A stretch of DNA of 64,000 bases from a candidate division FCPU426 bacterium (GTDB taxonomy: Bacteria; Oederibacteriota; Muellerivitia; Muellerivitales; Muellerivitaceae), in assembly GCA_963719085.1 (NCBI GenBank), contig CAVRAL010000005.1:96001-160000 (forward strand). Reading direction: 5' to 3'. The notes under the pieces were generated by a model, which searched no databases, was not told where the DNA came from, and saw only the letters and a program-made list of their open reading frames with translations. Position numbers and translations under genes: made by a program. The number at the start of each line of letters is the position of its first letter. The first letter of the stretch is position 1. Of this stretch, positions 19,020-28,945 are shown piece by piece.

Positions 19020-20564
19020 ATGAAAAAAAACAATGACTTCGCCAAATCCAAGCGGGGCCGCGATTACCTGAAGCGGATCCTGAACACCCGGGTTTACGAC
19101 GTGGCCATCCAATCCCCCTTGGAAAAGGCCCCGGCGCTTTCCCGGCGGCTCCACAATACCGTTCTTTTAAAACGGGAAGATCTCCAGCCTGTTTTTTCCT
19201 TCAAGTTGCGGGGAGCCTACAACAAAATGTCGGGCCTTTCGCGCCAAAGCCTGAAAGCGGGTGTCGTGGCGGCCTCCGCGGGCAATCACGCCCAGGGGGT
19301 CGCCTTGGCCGCGCAAAAACTCAAGTGCCGGGCTCTGATCGTCATGCCCGTTACCACGCCGGACATCAAGATCAAGGCGGTCGTGAACCGGGGCGCCCAG
19401 GTCATCCTCAAAGGCGACTCGTATGACGACGCCTACCAGTTCGCCCTGACACTGGCGCGCAAAAGAAAATTAACTTTCATCCACCCTTACGATGACCCGG
19501 CGGTCATCGCGGGCCAAGGTACGGTGGGGCTTGAGCTGTTGAGCCAGCATCCCGAGCCGATTCAGGCTCTGTTCGTCGCCATCGGCGGAGGCGGACTTAT
19601 TTCCGGCATCGCCGCTTACGTCAAACAACTGCGGCCCGAGATCAAAATCATCGGCGTGGAACCCGTGGATTCCGACGCCATGCGCCGCTCCCTTTTGGCC
19701 GGCCGCCGGGTGCGCTTGCCCCATGTGGGTCTTTTCGCCGACGGCGTGGCGGTCAAAAAAGTCGGGAAAGAAACCTTTGAACTATGCCGGGAATTGGTGG
19801 ATGAAATTTTGTTGGTCGACACGGACGACATTTGCGCCGCCATCAAGGACGTTTTCGAGGATACCCGCTCCATCTTGGAACCCGCCGGGGCCCTGGCGGT
19901 GGCCGGGCTCAAGCAGTATGTGGAAAAGCGCGGCATCAAAAACCAAACCTTGGCGGCGGTGGCTTGCGGAGCCAATATGAACTTTGACCGCTTGCGCTTC
20001 GTGGCCGAACGCGCCGAATTGGGCGAGCGCCGGGAATCGCTTTGGGCCGTCACCATTCCGGAAAAACCCGGTAGTTTTAAAGCCTTCTGCCGGCTCTTAG
20101 GGAACCGCAATGTGACCGAGTTTAATTACCGCTACGCCGACCCGGCTCAAGCCCGTGTTTTCGTCGGACTCCAAGTGAAAAACAGATCCGAAACCAAAAC
20201 CTTAAACGCCAAACTTAAAAAAGCGGGGCTTCCCGCCGTCGACCTGAGCCTGAATGAAATGGCCAAGCTCCATATCCGCCACTTGGTGGGCGGCCGCGCG
20301 CCAGGCCTGAAAGACGAGCGCTTGTTCCGTTTTGAGTTCCCGGAAAAACCGGGCGCTTTGATGACCTTCCTGACCCGCATGGGGAAAAACTGGAACATCA
20401 GCCTGTTCCATTACCGAAACCACGGCGCGGACTATGGGCGGGTCCTGGCGGGTATCCAGGTACCGCCAAAAGAGAACCATGCGTTTGGGTTTTTTTTGAA
20501 AAAACTGGGGTATGAGTTCACCGAAGAAACCAACAATCCGGCCTATCGGTTATTTTTGGAATAA
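19020..20564 (+). CDS. ilvA: Biosynthetic threonine ammonia-lyase
   Basis: KREDLQPVFSFKLRGAYN, SAGNHAQG, two C-terminal ACT-like domains (ISLFHYRNHGADYG). Confidence 0.97.
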   Translation: MKKNNDFAKSKRGRDYLKRILNTRVYDVAIQSPLEKAPALSRRLHNTVLLKREDLQPVFSFKLRGAYNKMSGLSRQSLKAGVVAASAGNHAQGVALAAQKLKCRALIVMPVTTPDIKIKAVVNRGAQVILKGDSYDDAYQFALTLARKRKLTFIHPYDDPAVIAGQGTVGLELLSQHPEPIQALFVAIGGGGLISGIAAYVKQLRPEIKIIGVEPVDSDAMRRSLLAGRRVRLPHVGLFADGVAVKKVGKETFELCRELVDEILLVDTDDICAAIKDVFEDTRSILEPAGALAVAGLKQYVEKRGIKNQTLAAVACGANMNFDRLRFVAERAELGERRESLWAVTIPEKPGSFKAFCRLLGNRNVTEFNYRYADPAQARVFVGLQVKNRSETKTLNAKLKKAGLPAVDLSLNEMAKLHIRHLVGGRAPGLKDERLFRFEFPEKPGALMTFLTRMGKNWNISLFHYRNHGADYGRVLAGIQVPPKENHAFGFFLKKLGYEFTEETNNPAYRLFLE

Positions 20565-20575
20565 AAGAAAAACCT

Positions 20576-20694
20576 CATTTACCGCAAAGACGCAAAGTCC
20601 CCAAGTGAGACAAGAATTTTTTTGGTTCTTGCACAAGACCATTACTTGAAGTCTAAATGATGGCCTTGGCGACTTTGCGTCTTTGCGGTAAATG
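20576..20694. repeat. Intergenic inverted repeat (30-bp arms, 1 mismatch)
   Basis: CATTTACCGCAAAGACGCAAAGTCCCCAAG versus CTTGGCGACTTTGCGTCTTTGCGGTAAATG. Confidence 0.9.
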
Positions 20695-20706
20695 GGTTCC
20701 CAAAAT

Positions 20707-20742
20707 AAAAAAGGGGAAGGGCTTTCGCCCTTCCCCTTCTCT
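20707..20742. terminator. Terminator of amtB-glnK (possibly bidirectional)
   Basis: AAAAAAGGGGAAGGGC-TTTC-GCCCTTCCCCTT. Confidence 0.8.
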
Positions 20743-20761
20743 CTCTCGAACAAAAACCCGA

Positions 20762-21100
20762 TTAGCTGAGGGCTTTGTTTCCTTTTTCACCAGTCCGGAT
20801 ACGGAAGGCGTTGGCGATATCCGAAACGAATATCTTTCCGTCGCCGATCTCACCGGTCTTGGCCGCTTTGCTGATGGTTTCGACCACTTCTTCCACTTGG
20901 CCGTCCTCAACCACCGCGACCAACAGCAGCTTGGGCAAGAGCCCTTCCACGGTCTGTCCGCGGTAGGATTCGGTAATGCCCTTTTGCTTCCCGTGCCCCT
21001 GCACCGGGATCACCGTCAAACCGGGGTATCCAACCTTGTTCAATCCATCCAGCACAGACTTCAACGCGCTGGGACGGACAATCGCTTCAATCTTTTTCAT
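20762..21100 (-). CDS. glnK: P-II nitrogen regulatory protein
   Basis: MKKIEAIVRP, TGEIGDGKIF, RIRTGE; adjacent to amtB. Confidence 0.93.
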   Translation of the reverse strand: MKKIEAIVRPSALKSVLDGLNKVGYPGLTVIPVQGHGKQKGITESYRGQTVEGLLPKLLLVAVVEDGQVEEVVETISKAAKTGEIGDGKIFVSDIANAFRIRTGEKGNKALS

Positions 21101-21136
21101 TTCGTTCCCTCCATCATGGGTAAATGACCAACGCTG

Positions 21137-22519
21137 TTAAAGAATGTATCCTTCTTCTCCGTGCTGAGACAAGTCCAATCCCAATTCCTCTTCCTTCGGG
21201 GTGGCCTTAAGACCAATGGTCTTTTCCACCAAGAAGTAGAGGATCGTGGTAGCGACCAGCGAAAACACCGCCACAAATCCAATGGTTTTGAATTGGATAA
21301 TCATTTGAGGGAAGTTACCGTGCACCCAACCGTTCGCCCCGGCGCTATTCACAGCCGTGGTCGCGAAAATACCGGTCGAGATGGCTCCCCAGGTTCCGCC
21401 GATGCCGTGAACCCCGAAGGTATCCAACGAATCGTCATAACCCAATTTGATCTTCACTTGGATGGCCAGGTAGCAGACAATCGAAACAACGCCGCCGACC
21501 CATAACGAGCCAAACAAGTCAACGAAACCGCAAGCCGGGGTGATCGCCACGAGCCCAGCGACGGCTCCCGAAGCGGCGCCCAAGGAAGTAGCTTTACCCT
21601 TGTGAAGCAACTCGATCAAGTTCCACATCAAAGCGCCCATCGCGGTCGCCGTGTTCGTGGTCACGAAAGCGTTGCTAGCCAAGTAATCATGCGATTCGAC
21701 CGCGGAGCCGGCGTTAAAGCCGAACCAGCCGAACCAGAGGAGCGAAGCTCCCAAAAGAACCAAGGTCAGATTGTGGGGAACCATGGCTTCCTTGCCATAA
21801 CCTTTGCGGGTTCCTAAGAGCAGGGCCAAAGCCAAGGCGGAGTAACCGGAAGACATATGAACGACGGTTCCACCGGCAAAGTCCAAAGCTCCCAAGGAAG
21901 CAAAGTAACCGCCGCCCCACACCATGTGGGCGATCGGGTCATAAACGAACGTGGCCCACAAGAGTGAGAACACGGCGAAACCGATGAACTTCACCCGTTC
22001 CGCGTAACCACCCGTGATCAAAGCCGGGGTGATGACCGCGAACATGGCTTGGAAGATCATGTAAGCGTAATGCGGAATCGTCGGAGCCAAGGGGCTAACG
22101 AGGGGCATATTGTTCAGCATGACCCAGCTCAATCCCCCGAACCAGGGATTACCGGGGCCGAAGGCGATCGAGTAACCGAAGATCACCCATTGAACGCTGA
22201 CCAAGCAGAGAATAAAGAAGCTCTGCATGATGGTCGCCATCACGTTCTTCTTGCGAACCATACCGCCGTAGAAAAAAGCCAATCCGGGGGTCATCAACAT
22301 GACCAAGGCGGCCGAAGCCAAAACCCAAGCCGTGTCACCGGAATCAATTTTCGGGGGAGCCGGAGCCGCCGTCGTCGCCGGAGCAGCGGCAGCCGTCGCC
22401 GGAGCAGCGGCCGTCGTCGCCGGAGCGGACTGAGCTCCAACCGAACTGGCAATGAAGAAAGAGAAGGCCAAGACAAAAAGCGCCATGGCTCCCTTTTTCA
22501 TGAAACTAAGATCTTTCAT
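21137..22519 (-). CDS. amtB: Ammonium transporter
   Basis: LMTPGLAFFYGG, DFAGGTVVH, WFGWFGFNAGS, VHGIGG; GGAGG SD before ATG 22519. Confidence 0.97.
   Translation of the reverse strand: MKDLSFMKKGAMALFVLAFSFFIASSVGAQSAPATTAAAPATAAAAPATTAAPAPPKIDSGDTAWVLASAALVMLMTPGLAFFYGGMVRKKNVMATIMQSFFILCLVSVQWVIFGYSIAFGPGNPWFGGLSWVMLNNMPLVSPLAPTIPHYAYMIFQAMFAVITPALITGGYAERVKFIGFAVFSLLWATFVYDPIAHMVWGGGYFASLGALDFAGGTVVHMSSGYSALALALLLGTRKGYGKEAMVPHNLTLVLLGASLLWFGWFGFNAGSAVESHDYLASNAFVTTNTATAMGALMWNLIELLHKGKATSLGAASGAVAGLVAITPACGFVDLFGSLWVGGVVSIVCYLAIQVKIKLGYDDSLDTFGVHGIGGTWGAISTGIFATTAVNSAGANGWVHGNFPQMIIQFKTIGFVAVFSLVATTILYFLVEKTIGLKATPKEEELGLDLSQHGEEGYIL
22361..22426 (-). repeat. About 3 copies of a 21-bp coding repeat (APATT/AAA) in the amtB N-terminus
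   Basis: Protein reads APATTAA-APATAAA-APATTAA. Confidence 0.75.
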
Positions 22520-22822
22520 AATCATCCTCCTTCGTTGATGGTGCGACAAAACCGCAACAACATGGGGCGGAGTATACTTTGCTTTTGCGGACCGCCAAGT
22601 CTCAAAAGGCCTTCCCGTTAAATCTTAACGCCCTCTTTACGCTCGGTTTTGTCAATTAATTCAATTTTGAGTCTATTTCTACATTAATGTCGTTGTTTCG
22701 TTTTTTTGCCTTAAAGCCGTCCAGTGCCGTTTTATAAAAAAAGATGTCCCTGGACCGTGAACTTAAAGGGTCCCAGAGTAAAATGCGGAGGTCGCTAAAG
22801 TCGCACAAACGGAAAACATATT

Positions 22823-25489
22823 ATGAAGATTCAATCCACCAACCCGGACTTTTCCAATCCATATGACCCGAAACGGGGCAAATTAAGGGTTTTTTTCAGC
22901 TATTCCAGCCAGGCCGGCAAAACCACCGCCATGCTTCAAGCCGCCCGGGACCGGGACGCCCAGGGCGTGGATGTTTGTATCGGGCTCGTGGAAGCGCGGC
23001 CTTGGGAGCCGGTTCAAGTTCTATTGCGCGGCTTGCCCAGTATTCCTCTAAAGGAGTTTATAAGAGGAGACGAAGTGCTGCGGGAATTTGACCTACTGGG
23101 CGCCCTGGAACGCCGGCCCCGGCTTTTGGTCCTCGACGACCTGGCCCACACCAATGTTCCCGGCGCCCGAAATCCCAAACGGTGGCAGGACGTCGACGAG
23201 CTTTTGGAAAAAGGCATCGATATCTACTGCACCTTGAACCTCCAGAATCTCGAGAGCCTCAACGGCATCATGTCCCAAATCACCGGAACCCCGATCGCCG
23301 AAACGGTCCCGGACAGTTTCATTGAACAAGCCGAGGAAGTGACCTTCGTGGATGTTTCGCCCGAAGACCTCGTGCGCCGGTTGGAGCGCCAGGGAAAATC
23401 CGACGCCGGCATGCCCAAGCGCTCCCTCCGGAATTTTTTCAAGGACCGTAATCTGGCGCTCTTGCGGGAGATGGCTTTGCGCTTCGTGGTGGACCGCGCC
23501 GAAAACGTCGGCGAACGGCAATCCCGAGATTCCAAAACCTCCGTCATCCAGACCCCCGCCGACCGCCTGATGGTTTGCGTCACCTCCAGCCCCACTTCCT
23601 CCAAACTGGTCCGAACGGCCCACCGGCTGGCTCGCGCCCTGCGCATCGAATGGATGGCAGTCTATGTCGAGACGCTTTCCCACATGCACGCCCCCGAAAA
23701 AGAAAGGGATGTGGCCTTGAGGCATTTGGCCTTGGCCGAAAAACTCGGCGCCGAAACCACCATGCTCAGCGGATTGGACCTAGCCACCGAGGTTCTCCAT
23801 TTTGCCCGGGCCCGTTCGGTGAACAAAATCATGGTGGAAAAGCCGTCCCCCGTTCGGCATTTCATGGGACGCTTTTTCGGCTCCCCCCTGGAAGACCTAA
23901 TTCAAAAAAGCGGCGAGATTGACATCTATGTCATCAAGGAAACCCAGGATGAGCAGCCGCCCCCGAAGATGCCTGTCAGTTATCGCCCCCCGGCTTGGAG
24001 ACATTACCTTTTCGCCGTGATCAGCATGGGCTTTTGCAACGCCATCGCTTGGCTTTTTTTCAGGAGTTTTGATCCCACCAATATCCTGATGATCTATATT
24101 TTAGGGATTTTGGTCGTGGCGTCCAAAACCAGCAAGGGCCCCTCGGTCTTGGCCACCGCCTTGGGGGTTTTTAGTTTTGATTTTTTCATGGTCACTCCCC
24201 GCGTCAGCCTATCCCTAAATGATTTTCAATATCTGATCACTTTCGTGGTGGTCTTGATGATCGCCCTGGCGATCAGCGAGCTGCTCAGCCGCACCCGCTA
24301 CCAAGCCGAAACCGCCCGCCTGCGCGAGCGGCGGGACGCCTCCCTCTATGGCTTAAGCCGGGACTTGGCCTCCCACCGGGGCGCGGATGTATTGGTTTCC
24401 ATCGCGGCGCGGCATATCGCGGATCTATTTGATTGCCGCACGGTCGCCCTGCTTCCCGACGCCGGGGGTAAACTGGAAGTGCGGGCCGGCCAATGGGAAG
24501 AATTCGGCCGAAAAATCCAGGAGCAAAGGGTCGCCCAATGGGTCTATGACTTGGGCCATTCGGCGGGCCGGGGCATGGATACCCTGCCGGAAGCCGAGGC
24601 CCTTTACGTGCCGTTGCTGGCCTCCGGAGGCCCGGTGGGAGTTTTAGGCGTGCGGCTTTATGATCAAAGGCCCTTGTCGGCGGAGCAATTACGCCTCTTG
24701 GAGGCCTTCGCCAACCAAACCGGGGCCTCGGTTGAAAACGAGCGTCTGGGTGAAGAAAGCGAAAAAGCCCGGCTTCAAGCCGAGACCGAGCGCCTGAGAA
24801 GCTCGCTTTTAAGCTCGGTTTCCCATGATCTTCGAACTCCCCTGGCCGTCATTACGGGATCGGCCAGCGTGCTGTTGGATTCCAAGAAACCTTTGAATGA
24901 CCAAACCCAAAAACTGTTGATCCAGGATATTTACGATGAGGCCGACCGCCTCAACCGCCTTCTGAGCAATCTTTTGGACATGACCAAACTCAGTTCCGGC
25001 GGACTCACCTTGAAAAAAGAAACCCAGCCCTTGGAAGAAGTGGTCGGCTCCGCCTTGGCCCGCATGCAAAAAAAACTGGGTGACCATCCGGTGAAGGCCC
25101 GCCTGCCGGAGGATCTGCCGATGCTTCCCCTGGACAGCTTATTAATGGAGCAGGTTTTCATCAATCTATTGGACAACGCGGCCAAGTACACGCCCAAGGG
25201 CTCCGCCATTGAGATCGTGGCCAAAATCCAAAATGACTTTTTGCGGGTCGAGGTGGCCGACCGGGGGCCGGGCCTGGCCAAGGGCGACGAGGATAAGATC
25301 TTCGAGAAGTTTTACCGGGGTTCGCAAATCGGGAAACAAAGCGGCGCCGGCCTGGGACTCGCCATCTGCCGGGGCGCGGTGGAGGCCCATGGCGGCGAGA
25401 TTTGGGCCGAGAACCGGGCGAACGGCGGCACGCGTTTTTGTTTCACCCTGCCCCTGGATTTAGAAATCGCCGCCGCGGAGACACCTTAG
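22823..25489 (+). CDS. kdpD: KdpD-family sensor histidine kinase
   Basis: LAHTNVPGARNPKRWQDV, Usp domain, 4 TM, GAF, SVSHDLRTPL, GLGLAIC. Confidence 0.93.
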   Translation: MKIQSTNPDFSNPYDPKRGKLRVFFSYSSQAGKTTAMLQAARDRDAQGVDVCIGLVEARPWEPVQVLLRGLPSIPLKEFIRGDEVLREFDLLGALERRPRLLVLDDLAHTNVPGARNPKRWQDVDELLEKGIDIYCTLNLQNLESLNGIMSQITGTPIAETVPDSFIEQAEEVTFVDVSPEDLVRRLERQGKSDAGMPKRSLRNFFKDRNLALLREMALRFVVDRAENVGERQSRDSKTSVIQTPADRLMVCVTSSPTSSKLVRTAHRLARALRIEWMAVYVETLSHMHAPEKERDVALRHLALAEKLGAETTMLSGLDLATEVLHFARARSVNKIMVEKPSPVRHFMGRFFGSPLEDLIQKSGEIDIYVIKETQDEQPPPKMPVSYRPPAWRHYLFAVISMGFCNAIAWLFFRSFDPTNILMIYILGILVVASKTSKGPSVLATALGVFSFDFFMVTPRVSLSLNDFQYLITFVVVLMIALAISELLSRTRYQAETARLRERRDASLYGLSRDLASHRGADVLVSIAARHIADLFDCRTVALLPDAGGKLEVRAGQWEEFGRKIQEQRVAQWVYDLGHSAGRGMDTLPEAEALYVPLLASGGPVGVLGVRLYDQRPLSAEQLRLLEAFANQTGASVENERLGEESEKARLQAETERLRSSLLSSVSHDLRTPLAVITGSASVLLDSKKPLNDQTQKLLIQDIYDEADRLNRLLSNLLDMTKLSSGGLTLKKETQPLEEVVGSALARMQKKLGDHPVKARLPEDLPMLPLDSLLMEQVFINLLDNAAKYTPKGSAIEIVAKIQNDFLRVEVADRGPGLAKGDEDKIFEKFYRGSQIGKQSGAGLGLAICRGAVEAHGGEIWAENRANGGTRFCFTLPLDLEIAAAETP

Positions 25490-25500
25490 TCGGGCAATTA

Positions 25501-25771
25501 ACCACCAAGGCGCCAAGACACCAAGTTCACCAATCTAAGAAATTCAATTTTTTAAACGGAGCTGCGCGCTTAGCAAAAATCGTCTTTTAAATTCCCCTCT
25601 CCCCTTGAGGGAGAGGGTCAGGGTGAGGGGTAAAAGTTAATTAGATCACCCTCATCCCGTCCTTCTCCCCTCGAGGGAGAAGGAGAAAACCAAGATTCTT
25701 GGCTGATTTTCCAAATGCGTGGTTCCTTTTTTGAATGATTATCTTCCTTGGAGTCTTGGTGCCTTGGTGGT
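25501..25771. repeat. Inverted repeat (25-bp arms) enclosing a second palindromic pair at 25594-25684
   Basis: ACCACCAAGGCGCCAAGACACCAAG / CTTGGAGTCTTGGTGCCTTGGTGGT; inside, CCCTCTCCCCTTGAGGGAGAGGG and CCTTCTCCCCTCGAGGGAGAAGG. Confidence 0.88.
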
Positions 25772-25805
25772 GAAATAGGTTTAATTATAAGATTGGAGTC
25801 ATTCA

Positions 25806-26503
25806 TGGCGGAAGCCAATCCAACTGTCTTGGTCATTGAGGACGAACCGCCCATCCGGCGTTTTTTACGGGTGTCGCTGGAAAACCGTAATTTAAAAACC
25901 TTGGAAGCCGCCACCGGCGAGGAAGGGCTGGCCCTGGCCGCGTCCCATAACCCCGATATCATCCTGTTGGACTTAGGATTGCCGGACATTGACGGCCTGG
26001 TCGTGATTGAGCGCCTGCGTCAATGGGCGGTCACGCCCATCATCATCCTTTCGGCCCGGGGCAAGGAAGAAGACAAGGTCAAGGCGTTGGAATCAGGAGC
26101 GGATGATTACCTGACCAAACCCATTGGGGTTGAGGAACTCAACGCCCGCATTAAGGTGGCGCTTCGCCACGCGAACCGCGTCGCCGGCGGGCCCGTGGAG
26201 CCGGTTTTAAGATCCGGGTCGTTAAAGGTCGACCTGGAAAAACGCCAGGTTTTCGTGGGCAAAAAGGAAATCCACCTCACGCCCATCCAATACAAGCTTC
26301 TCAGTATCTTGGCGCGCCACGCGGGAAAATTGGTGACCCAGGCGGAATTGCTCCGGGAAATCTGGGGGCCGGTGGGCGGAGCTTCGAGCCATTACCTTCG
26401 CATTTACATTCATCAGTTAAGGCATAAGCTCGAGGAGAACCCGGCCAATCCTCAGTTTCTCATCACGGAAACGGGCATTGGCTACCGGTTAAAGGTGGAT
26501 TAA
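25806..26503 (+). CDS. kdpE: KdpE-family response regulator
   Basis: LLDLGLPDIDG, GADDYLTKP, HYLRIYIHQLRHKLE, TETGIGYR; GGAG SD before ATG 25806. Confidence 0.93.
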
Positions 26504-26518
26504 GTTTCTAAAATTAAT

Positions 26519-27334
26519 TCACGGGGTAGACGGCGGAGCCTGGATTTGCGTCGCGAAGTTTCCCACGAAGCTCATGGGCCCCACGTGGGTGAGTTGGCTT
26601 TTCAGGTCCATCCAAATTTCCCCGCCCATGTCAGTCCAGCGGCGGCAAAAGCTGTAGTCCTCGCTTAAATAAACCCCGGTCTCGGGCTCGATAAAACAAT
26701 TGAACAAGGCGTAGCGGAATTCGCTTCCCTTGAAGGGGTCCTGGGCCAAATGCTGGCCGCTATATTTTAATTCGGGGTATTTCGCGATCATTTTCAACAG
26801 CGTTTCCCGGGTGATCATTAAAAAACCGGTCCCGGCGTATTTCACCTTGCCGAAACCATTTTTCATCTCAATTTTTTTCGGATCGGTGAATTCCACCACA
26901 TAAGAAAGGGCCGAGGATTTTAGGTCTTTGACGCCGGACTGGGAAAGCACCCGGGCCTTATCCCAATCCACTTTTTTAGTGGGATAGGCGGCCGCCGACA
27001 TCTCGGCGTTGAAATCCAAAAGACGGAAAAACTGGTCGGGCTCAAATACGATGTCGGCGTCGATGAATAAAAGATGGGTCGCGGTCGCGTCATCCAGGAA
27101 CTGGGTGACGATATTCTGCCGGGCCCGGGTAATGAGGGCGTCGCCCCACATCATATTGACGCTTAAATCCACTCCGCCCCTTTTGGCGCAGGCGGCTTGA
27201 AGTTTGAGGAGCGAATTGGCGAAATTACTGTAAACCTGTCCCCCATAGCAGGGGGTGCCGATCACGACATGGGGACGCGGGGCCAAGGATTCCTCCGGTG
27301 CAGCGGAAATGGACTGGGGCCAGTTTAAACCCAA
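26519..27334 (-). CDS. GT-A-like putative glycosyltransferase
   Basis: IGTPCYGG, LITRAR, LLFIDADI (DxD), GTGFLMI, YLSEDYSFCRRW. Confidence 0.7.
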   Translation of the reverse strand: MGLNWPQSISAAPEESLAPRPHVVIGTPCYGGQVYSNFANSLLKLQAACAKRGGVDLSVNMMWGDALITRARQNIVTQFLDDATATHLLFIDADIVFEPDQFFRLLDFNAEMSAAAYPTKKVDWDKARVLSQSGVKDLKSSALSYVVEFTDPKKIEMKNGFGKVKYAGTGFLMITRETLLKMIAKYPELKYSGQHLAQDPFKGSEFRYALFNCFIEPETGVYLSEDYSFCRRWTDMGGEIWMDLKSQLTHVGPMSFVGNFATQIQAPPSTP

Positions 27335-27367
27335 GTCCCTTCACGGACAACGCCTCAGTTCCCGCCC

Positions 27368-28585
27368 TTAAGGGAAGGTTTCCCAAATAATCGTGGAGGG
27401 CGCCGGGGTCGTGTAGGTAGGCGCGTCTAAGCCATAGACCAAATTTCCACCCTTTGAAAAACGAGTCCTCTCAAGTTCGTAAATGTTATAGGGCACGCCG
27501 CCGCTTCCCGCCGAAGCCCCCGTCCAAGTGGTCTTGCTGGCCGCGTGGGTGGAAACACCGAAGACCTGAAGATCGGCGCCGTTGGTCGTGGTGATATTGT
27601 TTGAATCGGGCGAAAAGCCGGCTGAGATGGGATAGGGGCCCGTATTAAAGGAGCCGTAAGAATTATTGATGTCGGATGAAAAAAGATCATAAATCGTATA
27701 GCCGCTTCCGTTGCCGCCTCCATTGACCCAAACCACATGATTTTGATCCGGTGAAAGGGTCATTTCTTCCCCATTGGACGTGAATGTTCCGGTGATCGAG
27801 TACTGCTGAGTTAAGGCGTAAGTACTCGTGTTGAACGCGTATTGATAGACCGTGCATCCCGAACAACCGCCCGCGCCGACATAAAGCGTCGTCCCCGCCG
27901 AATTACAGGCCAGGTACGCGTCCGAATTGAAGGAGGCGATGGAAACAGTCCCCAGAACGCTTCCCGAGGTGGCGTTGATATAACTGATTTGCTCGTTCGG
28001 CCACATATAACTGGAATCCATGGAAACAAACAGATAGCCGTTACTGGCCGCGGCCAAATGAACCCCTTGAGCCGGCAAGGGGATGTTCGTGACCGTCCCA
28101 TTGTTCAAATTGATCTTGGCGACGAAAGAGGCGCTGGTCAAAATCGCGTACAAGAAGCCCGTGGAAGGATCGTAGGCCAAATCCCCCGGGGTGGCGCTCA
28201 GCTGATAGCTATTTCCGACGACCCCATAAACAGCGTTCACCGCCTGGATCTTGTTATTGGTCAAATCACCATAGAGAACCCAGCCGTCGCACAAGGGAAC
28301 GATGGAGGTGGCGTAATCAATCCCATATTTCCCGGTCGAAGCCGCGGGCGAAATGCTGTCGGCGGAACAGTTAATGTTCATCGCGGGAGCGCTGCCGTTT
28401 GGCGTGCTCGTCACAATCGGCGTACTGGTCGGGATCACGGTGGAGCTGGGGGTGGCGGCAACAGTGGGGGTGTTGGGGGCCGACGGGCTTATGGGACCGA
28501 GCGAATAGGGCTTCACACAGCTCAAGAAGGCCGCGCCAAACAAGGTAAAAACCGAAAATAAGATGACGACCCGGAAATAACTCAC
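27368..28585 (-). CDS. Beta-propeller (YncE-like) lipoprotein
   Basis: Lipobox FLSC, Pro/Thr linker, repeated la.spdg..ly blades. Confidence 0.75.
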   Translation of the reverse strand: MSYFRVVILFSVFTLFGAAFLSCVKPYSLGPISPSAPNTPTVAATPSSTVIPTSTPIVTSTPNGSAPAMNINCSADSISPAASTGKYGIDYATSIVPLCDGWVLYGDLTNNKIQAVNAVYGVVGNSYQLSATPGDLAYDPSTGFLYAILTSASFVAKINLNNGTVTNIPLPAQGVHLAAASNGYLFVSMDSSYMWPNEQISYINATSGSVLGTVSIASFNSDAYLACNSAGTTLYVGAGGCSGCTVYQYAFNTSTYALTQQYSITGTFTSNGEEMTLSPDQNHVVWVNGGGNGSGYTIYDLFSSDINNSYGSFNTGPYPISAGFSPDSNNITTTNGADLQVFGVSTHAASKTTWTGASAGSGGVPYNIYELERTRFSKGGNLVYGLDAPTYTTPAPSTIIWETFP

Positions 28586-28945
28586 AATCGTTCCATATGG
28601 ATGAGAATAAAAAAAAACGGCGTTTAATAAATAGGTGGCCCATTATAACCGTAGCGCCACCTAAGTAAACTTCTTTACGGACAATCCCGATTGTTGAATT
28701 TAAATAAAAGATTATGGAATCGATACGGCCATCCGCTTTCTATCCCTTAACGCCCCCAAGATGGCGAAGACGCCAAATGGCCGCAATGGCCTTGGGGTGG
28801 CGAGGAAAATCTATTGCGCCTTTGTTCCACGCGTTTTTTTTGGAGGATGGATCAAAATTCCTGCGCAAAACCGAAAACAAATTCAGGAACAGTTAAGGCG
28901 CGAGCCTCCCTCCGGACGGCCGCCGGTTTGCCGGCGCCCTCACCC

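Noticed and set aside
25748..25805. N-terminal extension of KdpE in the ORF track
   Set aside because: Derives from the repeat arm; ATG 25806 has an SD and matches the receiver-domain start.
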